Below are positions 48,770 to 58,322 of a stretch of DNA of 64,000 nt, piece after piece. The DNA is taken from NCBI GenBank assembly GCA_027310625.1, contig DAIDAM010000003.1, forward strand, positions 2,239-66,238, written 5' to 3'. Origin of the DNA: a bacterium (GTDB lineage Bacteria > Patescibacteriota > Minisyncoccia > UBA6257 > 2-01-FULL-56-20). The translations under genes and the position numbers were made by a program. How positions within the stretch are numbered: the stretch's first letter is position 1; each line of letters begins with the position of its first letter. The notes beneath the pieces are model-generated. The model worked only from the letters and a program-made list of their open reading frames with translations, was not told where the DNA came from and did not search any database.

Positions 48770-49198
48770 ATGACCAATAAAAATCTTACTTTGATAATAG
48801 TGGCTCTTTTGGCAATTGCCGCGGTTTTTTTGGCCTTTAAAACAAATTACAGAAACGAGGTGAGCAAATTTTCTGAAACCGCAGGTCTGGGCGGGCCGCT
48901 TTATGCGGTGATAGTCACTTACACAAACGACGGATTTTCTCCAAAAACCGTTGAAATACAGAACGGCGTTTCGGTTATTTTCAAAAACCAATCCTCCAAG
49001 AATCTCTGGGTTGCTTCCGGTCCGCACCCGACACATAACGCCTACCCGGAAATCGACGGCTGCATCGGGAGCACGTTTGATTCCTGCGCCAATATCCCGC
49101 CGAACGTCTCGTGGTCGTTCACCTTCAAAAATTCCGGTTCCTGGAAATACCATGATAATCTGAATCCCTCGCAAACAGGAACGGTAATCGTCAAGTAA
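48770..49198 (+). CDS. Cupredoxin/plastocyanin-like protein
   Basis: GFSP..V.I..G..V.F.N, HPTH, F...G.W.YH..L.P...G.V.V. Confidence 0.8.
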   Translation: MTNKNLTLIIVALLAIAAVFLAFKTNYRNEVSKFSETAGLGGPLYAVIVTYTNDGFSPKTVEIQNGVSVIFKNQSSKNLWVASGPHPTHNAYPEIDGCIGSTFDSCANIPPNVSWSFTFKNSGSWKYHDNLNPSQTGTVIVK

Positions 49199-49200
49199 AA

Positions 49201-49416
49201 ATGCCTACAATCCACGGACACACAATCGAGGGCGACCCAACGGCGCTTCATTACCTTGCGAATCTCGACTACGGAGAAATAGAAACCCTCGTCAATCAGG
49301 CAAAGTACGGAGGGAAAGCGAAGTTCAAATACGACTACAAGCATTACGAAATTGCCTACACTTCATCCGGAACTTACGTCGTCACGAGAGTGGAAACGGA
49401 TTCGGGGTTGTTCTGA
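49201..49416 (+). CDS. Small hypothetical protein
   Basis: 71-aa ORF directly after the cupredoxin gene and followed by a terminator. Confidence 0.6.
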   Translation: MPTIHGHTIEGDPTALHYLANLDYGEIETLVNQAKYGGKAKFKYDYKHYEIAYTSSGTYVVTRVETDSGLF

Positions 49417-49460
49417 AAAAAAGAGCGGCTGTCCGCCTAGGGCGGACAGCCGTTTTTGTT
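49417..49460. terminator. Terminator hairpin
   Basis: AAAAAAGAGCGGCTGTCCGCC-TAG-GGCGGACAGCCGTTTTT. Confidence 0.75.
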
Positions 49461-49498
49461 TCGACACAGCGCGCCGGGCGCGGCGTGTCAGTGTACCG

Positions 49499-50173
49499 TC
49501 AGAACCTCATCCCCGGAATGAATCCCGTCGCCGGACCGTAGCTGCGGTCCGGTTCCGAAACTTTCCTCATGAGACACCGCCTCCTCCTCACAGAATAATC
49601 CAAGAAGGAATTGAGACAGGGGATCTTGGGAGAACCATTACCGTTAAAGTCCGCGTTGCCGGAGCAATCAATGCCGAGCTCGCCTGACTCTCCCGTCAGC
49701 CGCCCCGGATGCGTAACAAGGGCGGCAGCGGAGAGATAAAAATCAAGGCCGAATTCGTTTTTCTCGAGATTTCTTCTTGTTTTTTCCACGCATACTCCTG
49801 CGTAAAACCGGCCGAGCTGTCCCGGAATCAGCCAGAAATCGCCTCTGTAAAGTCGCCTCATCACCCTCAGCGCCTGAACCGTTCTCTCTTCCCTTTCAAG
49901 TTCATCGAGAGGAACGTGTTTCGTATCGATGCCGAGGTAGTAGAGCATGAACGCCGTCGCCTCGGCGAGCGACTTTCCGACCCTCCTGTCGTCCGGAATG
50001 ACGAAGAAGTCGTCGATGCCGTTCGGCGTGTTCCACGGCAAGCGACTAATAACTTCCTCTCCGTCAAGGTACGGCAGTATTTTTTTGAGAATTGAAACCT
50101 GCGCGTCCACTGGAACGCGGACATACGTCCGCGGATAGCCGAGCGGACGCAACGAAGGAATTATCTCTTGCAC
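49499..50173 (-). CDS. Hypothetical protein
   Basis: AGGAGG SD before GTG; P.QLG..Y.G, EFGL, HP.RL motifs. Confidence 0.6.
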   Translation of the reverse strand: MQEIIPSLRPLGYPRTYVRVPVDAQVSILKKILPYLDGEEVISRLPWNTPNGIDDFFVIPDDRRVGKSLAEATAFMLYYLGIDTKHVPLDELEREERTVQALRVMRRLYRGDFWLIPGQLGRFYAGVCVEKTRRNLEKNEFGLDFYLSAAALVTHPGRLTGESGELGIDCSGNADFNGNGSPKIPCLNSFLDYSVRRRRCLMRKVSEPDRSYGPATGFIPGMRF

Positions 50174-50419
50174 AAAACCTCCTTATTCATTGTTACAAGT
50201 TGCACATTGGCCCGAAGGCCATCCGAAAACGAAACGAGCTCTTTATCCAAGAGCTCGTTTTTGATGTCGTATGTTTCTTGTAGTGAGTTTTATCGAATCA
50301 TTACAACAGCAAAAATGAACTCTCGGACGAGTTTCTAAAGAAGAAAAATCCAAAAAAGCGGCGTTTCGAGTTCATTTTGTTTATAGGAAAAATGTTAAAG
50401 CCGGCAAGAAAAAATGTCA

Positions 50420-50505
50420 ACCCCCACACCAAACGGCAATGTATTTAATTTTTGCGCTGCGCCTGCCTGCTGGCGGCAGGCATAGTTGCCGTTTGGTGTG
50501 GGGGT
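50420..50505. repeat. CCCCACACCAAAC-family palindrome with nested GCCTGCC...GGCAGGC hairpin
   Basis: ACCCCCACACCAAACGGCAA...TTGCCGTTTGGTGTGGGGGT. Confidence 0.85.
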
Positions 50506-50509
50506 AAAC

Positions 50510-50540
50510 GAAAAACGCCCGCCTAAGGCGGACGTTTTTC
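50510..50540 (-). terminator. Terminator after major pilin
   Basis: GAAAAACGCCCGCC-TAA-GGCGGACGTTTTTC. Confidence 0.7.
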
Positions 50541-50555
50541 AAGAAACCAGCGAAT

Positions 50556-51008
50556 TTACTGGGTCAAAGAAATTGCGGTTCCGAGTTCTGCTGATGGCGC
50601 GCTGACGGTTACGCGTCCGGTGCTGGATGAAACCGAAACGTTATAGCCGCTGTCGTAGTCGGAAGTGCTCGTCCAGTGCGCTCCCGTCGCCGACGGGTCG
50701 AAGGGCATATTCGGAAGATAGGTGGGAACAACGCAACCCGCTATGTCGTATCCCCCGGTGTTCGCCATTTTTGTAGCCGTTTGAGGCAAAGCCCCCGCGG
50801 CGCAAGTGAAGATGCCTTTGTTGTCGGCCATGTTTTGTCCGATGGCGTTAAGTATTGCAAGAACGTTGGACTGTCTTTGCGTATTCCTTGCCTGAGCAAA
50901 CTGCCTTGCGGGGTTCAACGCAACTATTACTACCGCCGCCAAGATAGCTATGATGCCGATCACAACGAGAAGTTCTATCAAAGTGAAACCTTTCCTTGAT
51001 TGAAACAT
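50556..51008 (-). CDS. Type IV pilin (probable major pilin)
   Basis: KG|FTLIELLVVIGII; NPARQFAQARN. Confidence 0.93.
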   Translation of the reverse strand: MFQSRKGFTLIELLVVIGIIAILAAVVIVALNPARQFAQARNTQRQSNVLAILNAIGQNMADNKGIFTCAAGALPQTATKMANTGGYDIAGCVVPTYLPNMPFDPSATGAHWTSTSDYDSGYNVSVSSSTGRVTVSAPSAELGTAISLTQ

Positions 51009-51082
51009 AATTTGAAAACCTGTAATTTCTCGACCTTTCTGATTTGTTTGATTATACCAAAAAGGAGAATTAATTTATCCAC

Positions 51083-51154
51083 ACCCCCACACCAAACAGC
51101 AATTGCGCTTCGCGCAGATTCAATTTTGCAAAAGTTGCCGTTTGGTGTGGGGGT
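51083..51154. repeat. CCCCACACCAAAC-family palindrome
   Basis: ACCCCCACACCAAACAGCAA...TTGCCGTTTGGTGTGGGGGT. Confidence 0.85.
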
Positions 51155-51585
51155 CAGAAATTAGGCAATTCTTCCCGTCTCACAACGGAAAGAGTTGAAG
51201 AATTCACGGTAACCTTGAGATTTGTAAATGAGGAATTGAACTGCGCCTGTGTTGAAATCACTTTTTCTGCGGTTCCGCTCGCAACAATTGAAATTATTCT
51301 GCACGTATCGCTTGCAATGGAAATCGTTTCATTGCCGGAGTAAGAACTGTTCTGTGATAACTTCAAGAGCGCTTCTTCCACGCACGCCCTTGCAAGCAGT
51401 GAGCTCTTTTCCTTGTAAGAGGTGGTGGAAATATTAACGCGCGAAAGAAAAGAACCCGTGCTGATTACAAAAATTATCACGAGAACCATCGCGCCGATGA
51501 AAATGGCGGAAGTCAGAGCGATGTATCCCCCACACAACTTGCTTATGCGGGGGACAAGCCCTTCTTTGTTTTTAGAAAAGCTCAT
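51154..51585 (-). CDS. Minor pilin, PilX-like
   Basis: G|YIALTS (no Glu5), A.ACVEEALLKL. Confidence 0.78.
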   Translation of the reverse strand: MSFSKNKEGLVPRISKLCGGYIALTSAIFIGAMVLVIIFVISTGSFLSRVNISTTSYKEKSSLLARACVEEALLKLSQNSSYSGNETISIASDTCRIISIVASGTAEKVISTQAQFNSSFTNLKVTVNSSTLSVVRREELPNF

Positions 51586-52118
51586 CTCAGATAAATTGTA
51601 TTTTCAATGGTTGTGGAAGCCCTTACAACTGCCTCGGATGTGGAAGCAACCACAGATAAAGTTATCCGGACTGCTTCAGGCGCAGTTCCGGAAGCAACAA
51701 GATGAGAAAAAACGATTTCCGTCACGTTTACGTTCCCGTTTGTAAGCGGAGCGGCAGTTCCGCCACCGCGACCCAAACGGACAGAGCCGGACGAAACGTC
51801 AAAAGTAAGAGGATTTTGCGAAAAATTGTATCTACTAAGGGTTAGAACGGAAGACGTCGCTCCTGCGGCCGGCGAGGAAACGCTTTCCGCGGAATTCAAA
51901 GCCCAAACGATTTTTCTCATCAAAAAGTCGGCTTCCGTTTCAACCTCGCGACGTGTTCTGTTTTGCGATTCCAGCGAAACAATTTGATAAAAAATTATCA
52001 CCGCAAAGCTGATGACTATCGCAAAAAGACCGGAATAAACCAGGGTTTCTACAAGAGTGAATCCTCCGCATAACTTGCTTACGTGGGGGACAAGTCCCCT
52101 TTGCAGTTTCTTTCTCAT
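51582..52118 (-). CDS. Minor pilin, PilW-like
   Basis: G|FTLVETLVY; C-terminal TIYLR. Confidence 0.82.
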   Translation of the reverse strand: MRKKLQRGLVPHVSKLCGGFTLVETLVYSGLFAIVISFAVIIFYQIVSLESQNRTRREVETEADFLMRKIVWALNSAESVSSPAAGATSSVLTLSRYNFSQNPLTFDVSSGSVRLGRGGGTAAPLTNGNVNVTEIVFSHLVASGTAPEAVRITLSVVASTSEAVVRASTTIENTIYLR

Positions 52119-52120
52119 TT

Positions 52121-53596
52121 TTACTGGCTTGAAGTTATGATTCTGAAGGCATCGTTCGACCTGACTGAAACGTAGACGAAGTTGTCCTCGTAATCTATCC
52201 CGGTGCCTACGTTGGGGAAATTGTACGAACTCCAGAGCGAAGGCGCGGAGGAAGTGGAGATATTCCATGCCTGGAACTCTTTATTCGTGTCCGATGTGGC
52301 AAGAAACGCAAGGTAATCTGTAACGTAAATCCCGTTAACCGATACGTTTCCCAAATTCGCAATGCCGAGCTGCGTCGGCGAGGAAGAATTGGAAACGTCG
52401 ATAATGATGAAATCGCTCGTTCCACCGGCTCTCCCGAGATAAGCTTTCGCGCCGGAAATGTAAATACTTTTCCCGTCGTCATTCCCCGAAGCGTTGAAAC
52501 TGCCGAGTTGCGCTATATGCGCGGGGTCGCTAACGTCGAGAATTAGAAGTTCCTTGGAATCGTCGGAGGTGGCGAGGTAAGCGGTCGTGCCGGAAACGAA
52601 AATGTCGTTCACGTCCGCTCCCACTTCGTAACTTCCGAACTCCGAGGGCGCCGCGGGATTAGAAACGTCGACGACATGAAACTCCGGTCCGCTCGCCGCT
52701 TTCGTGCCGATGTAGATTTTATTGTTGTAGAAAAACAGGCTTTGTCCCATTGCTCCTGAGCCGGAAACGCCTGGGAGTTTGAAAGACGCGAGAACGTAGG
52801 GCGCGGCGGGATTGTTCATATCTATCACCTGCAGCTGGGCGTTAGTGTCGGAATTGGCGACGTAGGCGTAATTTTGGACGGCATCGACAGCATTAAGTCC
52901 CGGACCGGTGTCAATTTTGGAAACGAGGTAGGGATTCCGGCCGTCGGTGGCGTTGATGATGAAAAAGTCGGGCTTGGTGCGATCCGACGCGGTGGCCGAC
53001 ATATAAATTATTTTGTTGATGACGTCTAAGCCGGTGGCGGACTCACCCGGCCCCAGGTCTATCGAGCCGAATGTGGTCGGATTTTTCCAATCGCCTGTCA
53101 CTCCCCCGCCACTGGTGTCTCCGCCGGTTGCCTGATTAACCTGCCAATTGGTGACAATTGTCGTCAGTTCAATTTTTTGGATGCGCAAGGGGTCGGTGCT
53201 CCAGCTCACTCGGCTCGTAATTTTTTTCTTGTTCGCGTCAACGTTTTCAACAATTATTTCTTTTAGAAATTCTCCTTGTGTGCTTGAACTTGAAACAAGT
53301 CCGCCGAAGTCGTTTTTCGCAAAAGCGATGGAATTCTCAATTGATTGCCTCGCCAAGTTAACGGCTCGGTTTGATTCCTGTGTATCCGCCAAAAGCGATT
53401 GACTGCTCGAAATTACCACTGCTATCGCCGACAAACTTATCGCGATAACGGCAAAGGCGATAAGAATTTCAAGCGTTGACTGCCCGGCTGCTCTAGAGAC
53501 CAGAGACCAGAAAGTAGAAACCGGGGGACGGAAACTAGAGACTAGAAACCGGAGACCAGAGAAAGAGAATAGGTTTGTTATTTTTGCGTTGTCCAT
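52121..53596 (-). CDS. Minor pilin (PilV-like) fused to LVIVD-type beta-propeller repeats
   Basis: G|QSTLEILIA; repeated AYxA....L.I.DVS.P..P; start uncertain (53596 or 53626). Confidence 0.78.
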   Translation of the reverse strand: MDNAKITNLFSFSGLRFLVSSFRPPVSTFWSLVSRAAGQSTLEILIAFAVIAISLSAIAVVISSSQSLLADTQESNRAVNLARQSIENSIAFAKNDFGGLVSSSSTQGEFLKEIIVENVDANKKKITSRVSWSTDPLRIQKIELTTIVTNWQVNQATGGDTSGGGVTGDWKNPTTFGSIDLGPGESATGLDVINKIIYMSATASDRTKPDFFIINATDGRNPYLVSKIDTGPGLNAVDAVQNYAYVANSDTNAQLQVIDMNNPAAPYVLASFKLPGVSGSGAMGQSLFFYNNKIYIGTKAASGPEFHVVDVSNPAAPSEFGSYEVGADVNDIFVSGTTAYLATSDDSKELLILDVSDPAHIAQLGSFNASGNDDGKSIYISGAKAYLGRAGGTSDFIIIDVSNSSSPTQLGIANLGNVSVNGIYVTDYLAFLATSDTNKEFQAWNISTSSAPSLWSSYNFPNVGTGIDYEDNFVYVSVRSNDAFRIITSSQ

Positions 53597-53645
53597 ATTT
53601 TTATTTCTTGCCCGGTTGCCGGTCACTGGTTACTGGTCGCTCTTT

Positions 53646-54158
53646 TCACCAATCAATCCTACCCTCGGAATTAACGAACACATTTAGCGTTTTCACGCCG
53701 TTGGAAATTGAAACCGTGCCGGAGACGTTGGAGTTACCATCAAGTTGCGAAAAAACAATCTCCGGTGCACCGCTGATATTCATTCCGCCCGTTCTTGGAA
53801 AAAACTCGTCGTAAACGGGATTTCTCGAGGCGTATAAGCTGCCCTGAAAAATGACGTAATTCCCCGCTGAGCCGAAGTAAATGCCGTGAGCGGACTGGTT
53901 CACGTTGTTCTGCGCGCTGTTGCGGGCTTTTTTCAAAATATAGACAACTGTATCGCGCTCCGCGCTTATTACCTTTTGCCTGTAAAAATCAACGCTTACG
54001 AGCAAACCGAGCGAAAAAATCACAACCATTATGAAAGCGGATATGGAAATTTCCCACAGAGTGAATCCCCCGCATAAATCATACTTTGTGCGGGGGAGCC
54101 CCTCACATAACTTGCTTATGCGGGGGGTATCGTCAGCGAATACTTGAGGTAACTTCAT
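53646..54158 (-). CDS. Minor pilin, FimT/GspH-like
   Basis: G|FTLWEI; AR..A...HG.YF; V.VN.EGRI. Confidence 0.78.
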   Translation of the reverse strand: MKLPQVFADDTPRISKLCEGLPRTKYDLCGGFTLWEISISAFIMVVIFSLGLLVSVDFYRQKVISAERDTVVYILKKARNSAQNNVNQSAHGIYFGSAGNYVIFQGSLYASRNPVYDEFFPRTGGMNISGAPEIVFSQLDGNSNVSGTVSISNGVKTLNVFVNSEGRIDW

Positions 54159-55215
54159 AAATCGGCGTTATTATGGAGAGAGCAACAAAACCGACGATTA
54201 ACCCCATGAAAACAAGGAGTGCCGGCTCAAGCAACTCAGTTAACCTTGAAACCATCAACTGCACTTCTTCGGCGTAGTAGTCGGAAAGATAAAAAAGATT
54301 TTCCTCCAAATTGCCCGTGTTCTCCCCTATTTCAATCAAACTCAAAAGTATGTAAGGGAAAAACTTTTTGTTCTTGTTCAAAATGTTCACGAATTGCTCT
54401 CCTTTTCTTATATCGTCCGCCGTCTGAAGAAGTATCCTCCTGTAAACGAGATTGTTCAGCGTATAAGCCGTTATACTAACGGCTTCAACTATTTTTACGC
54501 CGCTTTTAAGAAGGACGGCCATCGTCCTCGTGAAATTGGACATCGCCATTCCCACTGTGAGCGACGAAACAATCGGCGTATAAAAGAGAAGCATATTTGA
54601 AACGTACTTCACCGGCTGGAAGCGAAGAGCGATTCTCAAAACAACGATGACCAAAACGAGCGCAACAATTAAAGTCCACCAGTAATTGAGGAGGAAATTG
54701 AAAACAACTATGAGAATTTTTGTCGTAATCGGAAGTTCTATCCTTAAGCTTGAAAATATCGGGAGGACCTTCGGGAAAACGGAGAAAGTAAGAAGAGCCG
54801 TTATGCCTATCGTTGCCGTAAAAATCACGATGGGATAAATCATCGCCGAACGGATTTTGTTTTTAAGTTCCTTCGCTTTTTTCATTTCGTCCGCAAGATA
54901 AAGAAGATTCTGAAAAAGCGTCCCGCTTTGCTCGCCGACGTGGACGATGCTTATGAAAAAATCGCTGAAAACGTTTCTGTGTTTTTCCATTCCCTGCGCG
55001 AGAAATTGTCCGCCTTCCACGCTTGAAATGATGTCCCCTATTGCCCGCTTCAGCGCGCCGGATTGCGTTTGTTTTTCAACTATTTTCAGCGATTCCAAAA
55101 GGGGCATCCCCGACTTTATCGTCAGAGAAAGGTGACGCGCGAAATTTATCTTTTCCTGTTCGGAGACGTGCGAAAAAACGCGCTTCCACCAAGGAAATTT
55201 TCCCTTTTTATTCAT
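54133..55215 (-). CDS. pilC: Type IV pilus platform protein PilC (GspF family)
   Basis: GEQSGTL, AMIYP, GENTGNL, LLEP. Confidence 0.93.
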   Translation of the reverse strand: MNKKGKFPWWKRVFSHVSEQEKINFARHLSLTIKSGMPLLESLKIVEKQTQSGALKRAIGDIISSVEGGQFLAQGMEKHRNVFSDFFISIVHVGEQSGTLFQNLLYLADEMKKAKELKNKIRSAMIYPIVIFTATIGITALLTFSVFPKVLPIFSSLRIELPITTKILIVVFNFLLNYWWTLIVALVLVIVVLRIALRFQPVKYVSNMLLFYTPIVSSLTVGMAMSNFTRTMAVLLKSGVKIVEAVSITAYTLNNLVYRRILLQTADDIRKGEQFVNILNKNKKFFPYILLSLIEIGENTGNLEENLFYLSDYYAEEVQLMVSRLTELLEPALLVFMGLIVGFVALSIITPIYEVTSSIR

Positions 55216-56437
55216 GAATTATCCTCAAAATTTCCTGTACGGTCGTTATTCCCATCCTCGCTTTTTCAATGCCGTCCTGAAGCATTGTTGTCATGCCGTT
55301 TTTGATTGCGGCTTCCTTTATCTGTTTTGCGTTTGCCCGCGACATAATGAGCTCTCTTATTTCGTCGTTTATCTCGAGAACTTCGCGGATGCCGATTCTC
55401 CCCTCGTAACCCGTGCCTCCGCATTTGTCGCAGCCCTCGCCGGCGTAAAAAGTTTTCATGTCGCCGACGTCGGGGATTATTTCCTTCAAACTCGCCAGTT
55501 CTTCTTTCTTTATGTCGCGTTCTTTCTTGCAATTTTTGCAAATCATTCTCACGAGACGCTGTCCCATCGCGATGTTCACAGTTGAGGCGACAAGGAACGG
55601 CGGAACACCCATATCAATGAGGCGCGGGAAAGTGGTGGCGGCGTCGTTTGTGTGCAGCGTTGAAAGAACAAGGTGTCCGGTGAGCGCGGCGTTGACGGCG
55701 ATGTCGGCCGTTTCCTCATCGCGGATTTCTCCGACCATAATGACGTTCGGGTCCTGGCGGAGAATGGAGCGGAGACCGTTCGCGAATGTGAGACCAACTT
55801 TCGCGTCCACTTGTATCTGCGTGGTTCCTGCAAGCGAATATTCAATCGGGTCTTCTATCGTGATGATGGAAATCTCCGGCTTGTTGAGATTTTTAAGAAT
55901 GGTGTAGAGGGTCGTTGTCTTTCCGGAACCGGTCGGACCGTTGGCAAGAATCATTCCGTAGGGCTTTTTGATGGAGCGTTTTACTCTTTCAAGGTCGTTT
56001 TTGGAAAAGCCGAGGTCTTCAAGATTGAAGGCGCGCGTCTCCGCAAGAATTCTCAAAATGGCGTTCTCGCCGTGGTATGTCGGCATGATGGAAACTCTTA
56101 TGTCCACGTCGCCGAAGCCCTCAATGTTAACCCTGAATCTTCCATCCTGCGGCAGAAGGTGTTCGTCCGTGCGGAGACCGGCAAGAACCTTGATTCTCGT
56201 AATCACTTCCTGATGCAAATCTTTGGAAAGCCCTTTATCAAGGATATCGCGGAGCATTCCGTCTATCCTGAAACGCAGGCGCACCGCGTCGACTTCCGGC
56301 TCTATATGAATATCGGAAGAGCGCGAGCTGTAGGCGTATTCTATGAAAAGGTCAACTATTTCAACTATGGAAACTTCGTCCGCTTTGACGCTCAATTTTT
56401 TCTCGATCAGCGGCTTGAGGGTTTTTATGTCGCGCAT
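55208..56437 (-). CDS. pilB: Type IV pilus assembly ATPase PilB (GspE family)
   Basis: SDIHIEP, GPTGSGKTTT, TIEDPIEY, RQDP, GEIRD, CxxC pairs. Confidence 0.94.
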   Translation of the reverse strand: MRDIKTLKPLIEKKLSVKADEVSIVEIVDLFIEYAYSSRSSDIHIEPEVDAVRLRFRIDGMLRDILDKGLSKDLHQEVITRIKVLAGLRTDEHLLPQDGRFRVNIEGFGDVDIRVSIMPTYHGENAILRILAETRAFNLEDLGFSKNDLERVKRSIKKPYGMILANGPTGSGKTTTLYTILKNLNKPEISIITIEDPIEYSLAGTTQIQVDAKVGLTFANGLRSILRQDPNVIMVGEIRDEETADIAVNAALTGHLVLSTLHTNDAATTFPRLIDMGVPPFLVASTVNIAMGQRLVRMICKNCKKERDIKKEELASLKEIIPDVGDMKTFYAGEGCDKCGGTGYEGRIGIREVLEINDEIRELIMSRANAKQIKEAAIKNGMTTMLQDGIEKARMGITTVQEILRIIHE

Positions 56438-56484
56438 TTTGAAAAGTTGTCAGTTGCTAGTTGTCAGTTACTGGTTACTAGTTA

Positions 56485-57393
56485 CTAGTTCTTCAGATAC
56501 CTTCTGACGGCGAGGAAGCTCGAAAGTCCGCCGATTATTACCGCGAAGAGAATTTGATAAAGCGTGAGGCGGAAAATATTGGAAACGAAATATCCAAAAA
56601 CGTTCAGTTGCGGAACGAAAGAATTCAAATACGGCGAAGCGGAATAAACGATGGGCGCCGAAATTATTACGCTCACGACCGCGGCAAGCACTCCGTTTAT
56701 AATTCCCTCCACGACGTAAGGTCCGCGCACGAGACCGTTGGAAGCTCCGACCGCGCGCATTATCCCTATCTCTTCGCGGTTGGAGTAAATGGCGAGGCGA
56801 ATGGTGTTGAAAACGACAAGCCCCGCAATAACCGCCATTGCGATTGTGACAACCAGCCCGCCGCGGCTTATGCTTTGGATAATCGCGTTAAGCCGGTCTA
56901 TCGCCGTCTGATTTTCGGTGTAAGTAACGCTGTCCACATACTGCTTGAGGTCGGGGGAATCAAAATAGGAAGCGATTGTCTTGTACTGGTCCGGCTGTTT
57001 TGCCTTGATGTTCAAAGACGCCTCAAGCGGATTTATGTTAAGTTCGTTTATCGCCTGACTGATTGTTTCATCGCCGGCGTGTTTGCTTTTGAAAATCTCA
57101 AGCGCCTGGTCTTTGGAAACATATTCGGCGCTTTTGACTTCCGCCATTTTTTCAAGAGTGCTTTTAATGTTTAATATCTCGTCTTCGGGAGCGTCGGTTT
57201 TGAAGTAAACGCTGATGTCGATTTTTTCCTGAATGGAAGCGACTGCTTTGGCGGTGACGTATCCGAAAAGCATCAGCCCCATGGAAACCAAAAGTGCGAG
57301 CGTCATCACGACAACCGTCGTCGCCGACAGCCATCCGTTTCTCCGGAAACTCGTCATCCCGTACTGAATTATTCTTGAAATGACCGTGAACAT
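56485..57393 (-). CDS. ftsX: Cell division permease FtsX
   Basis: RNGWLS, NPL, NTIRLAIYS.R.EI.IMR.VGA. Confidence 0.93.
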   Translation of the reverse strand: MFTVISRIIQYGMTSFRRNGWLSATTVVVMTLALLVSMGLMLFGYVTAKAVASIQEKIDISVYFKTDAPEDEILNIKSTLEKMAEVKSAEYVSKDQALEIFKSKHAGDETISQAINELNINPLEASLNIKAKQPDQYKTIASYFDSPDLKQYVDSVTYTENQTAIDRLNAIIQSISRGGLVVTIAMAVIAGLVVFNTIRLAIYSNREEIGIMRAVGASNGLVRGPYVVEGIINGVLAAVVSVIISAPIVYSASPYLNSFVPQLNVFGYFVSNIFRLTLYQILFAVIIGGLSSFLAVRRYLKN

Positions 57394-57473
57394 GCCAATT
57401 TTACCCGCGAGGGCAAGTTTTTATCTGCATTTATTCAATACTACACGCAGCCCGAGTGGTTGTAAAATTGAGC

Positions 57474-57585
57474 ACCCCGCACCATTTGTGGCACGGTGCA
57501 TGCACATTCTTTGTCTGTAGCCGATAGGCGGCTTCGCCTTTATTGTGTAATATATTGACGTTCATACTTGCAAATGGTGCGGGGT
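57474..57585. repeat. IR-bounded element between ftsE and ftsX
   Basis: Perfect 15-bp IR ACCCCGCACCATTTG / CAAATGGTGCGGGGT. Confidence 0.8.
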
Positions 57586-57605
57586 TAAGATTTTGTAGAA
57601 AAAAT

Positions 57606-58286
57606 CTAAACAAGGATGTACTTTCCTTTCTCCTCGTCTCTTATCATCCTCCCTTTGTCCAGCGTGACAACCCTTTTCTCCAGGTCATTGACGATGTCTT
57701 TCTCGTGAGTCGCAAGAATCAAAGTCGTGCCGAGGTCATTGATTTTTTTCAAAAGCCCGATGATTTCCGCGCTATGAAACGGGTCGAGGTTCCCCGTCGG
57801 CTCGTCGGCGATTATCACTTCGGGGCGGTTCGCCATCGCGCGCGCTATCGCGACTCTCTGTTTCTCTCCGCCAGAAAGTTCGTGCGGAAAATTCTTCATC
57901 TTGTCGCTCAACCCAACCATCTCAAGAACCTGCGGGGCGATTTCTTTTATCTCGCTCTGCGGGCGGCTGGCGGCTTCCATCGCGAAGGCGACGTTTTCAA
58001 AAGAGTTTTTGTTCGGCAAAAGGCGGAAATCCTGAAAAACGACTCCGATGTGTCTCCTGAAAAGCGGCAGCTCATCGTCCGCAAGCTTATTCACTTCGTA
58101 CTGACCGAAAAATATTCTCCCTTTCGTCGGTTTTTCGGTGCCGATAAGGAGATTTATCGCCGTCGTTTTGCCCGCGCCCGAGCGGCCGACGAGTATCACA
58201 AACTCGCCGGGATCCACCTTCAAATTGAAGTCCTCAAGAGCAGTAGTGCCGTTATACAGCTTATAAACGTTCTGGAAAGAAATCAT
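57606..58286 (-). CDS. ftsE: Cell division ATP-binding protein FtsE
   Basis: [35 protein letters not shown]. Confidence 0.95.
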   Translation of the reverse strand: MISFQNVYKLYNGTTALEDFNLKVDPGEFVILVGRSGAGKTTAINLLIGTEKPTKGRIFFGQYEVNKLADDELPLFRRHIGVVFQDFRLLPNKNSFENVAFAMEAASRPQSEIKEIAPQVLEMVGLSDKMKNFPHELSGGEKQRVAIARAMANRPEVIIADEPTGNLDPFHSAEIIGLLKKINDLGTTLILATHEKDIVNDLEKRVVTLDKGRMIRDEEKGKYILV

Positions 58287-58322
58287 TGTATCCGAATGCC
58301 TTAACGAATAGGCACATACGAA

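Noticed and set aside
50226-50380. Structured ncRNA or riboswitch upstream of the 49499-50173 gene
   Set aside because: Hairpins are present (AACGAGCTCTT..AAGAGCTCGTT; AAAATGAACTC..GAGTTCATTTT) but no recognisable family motif, so support is insufficient.
57543-58304. Long antisense ORFs (also 12066-13085, 55673-56488, 1094-2002, 63118-63861)
   Set aside because: They are shadow frames opposite well-supported genes.
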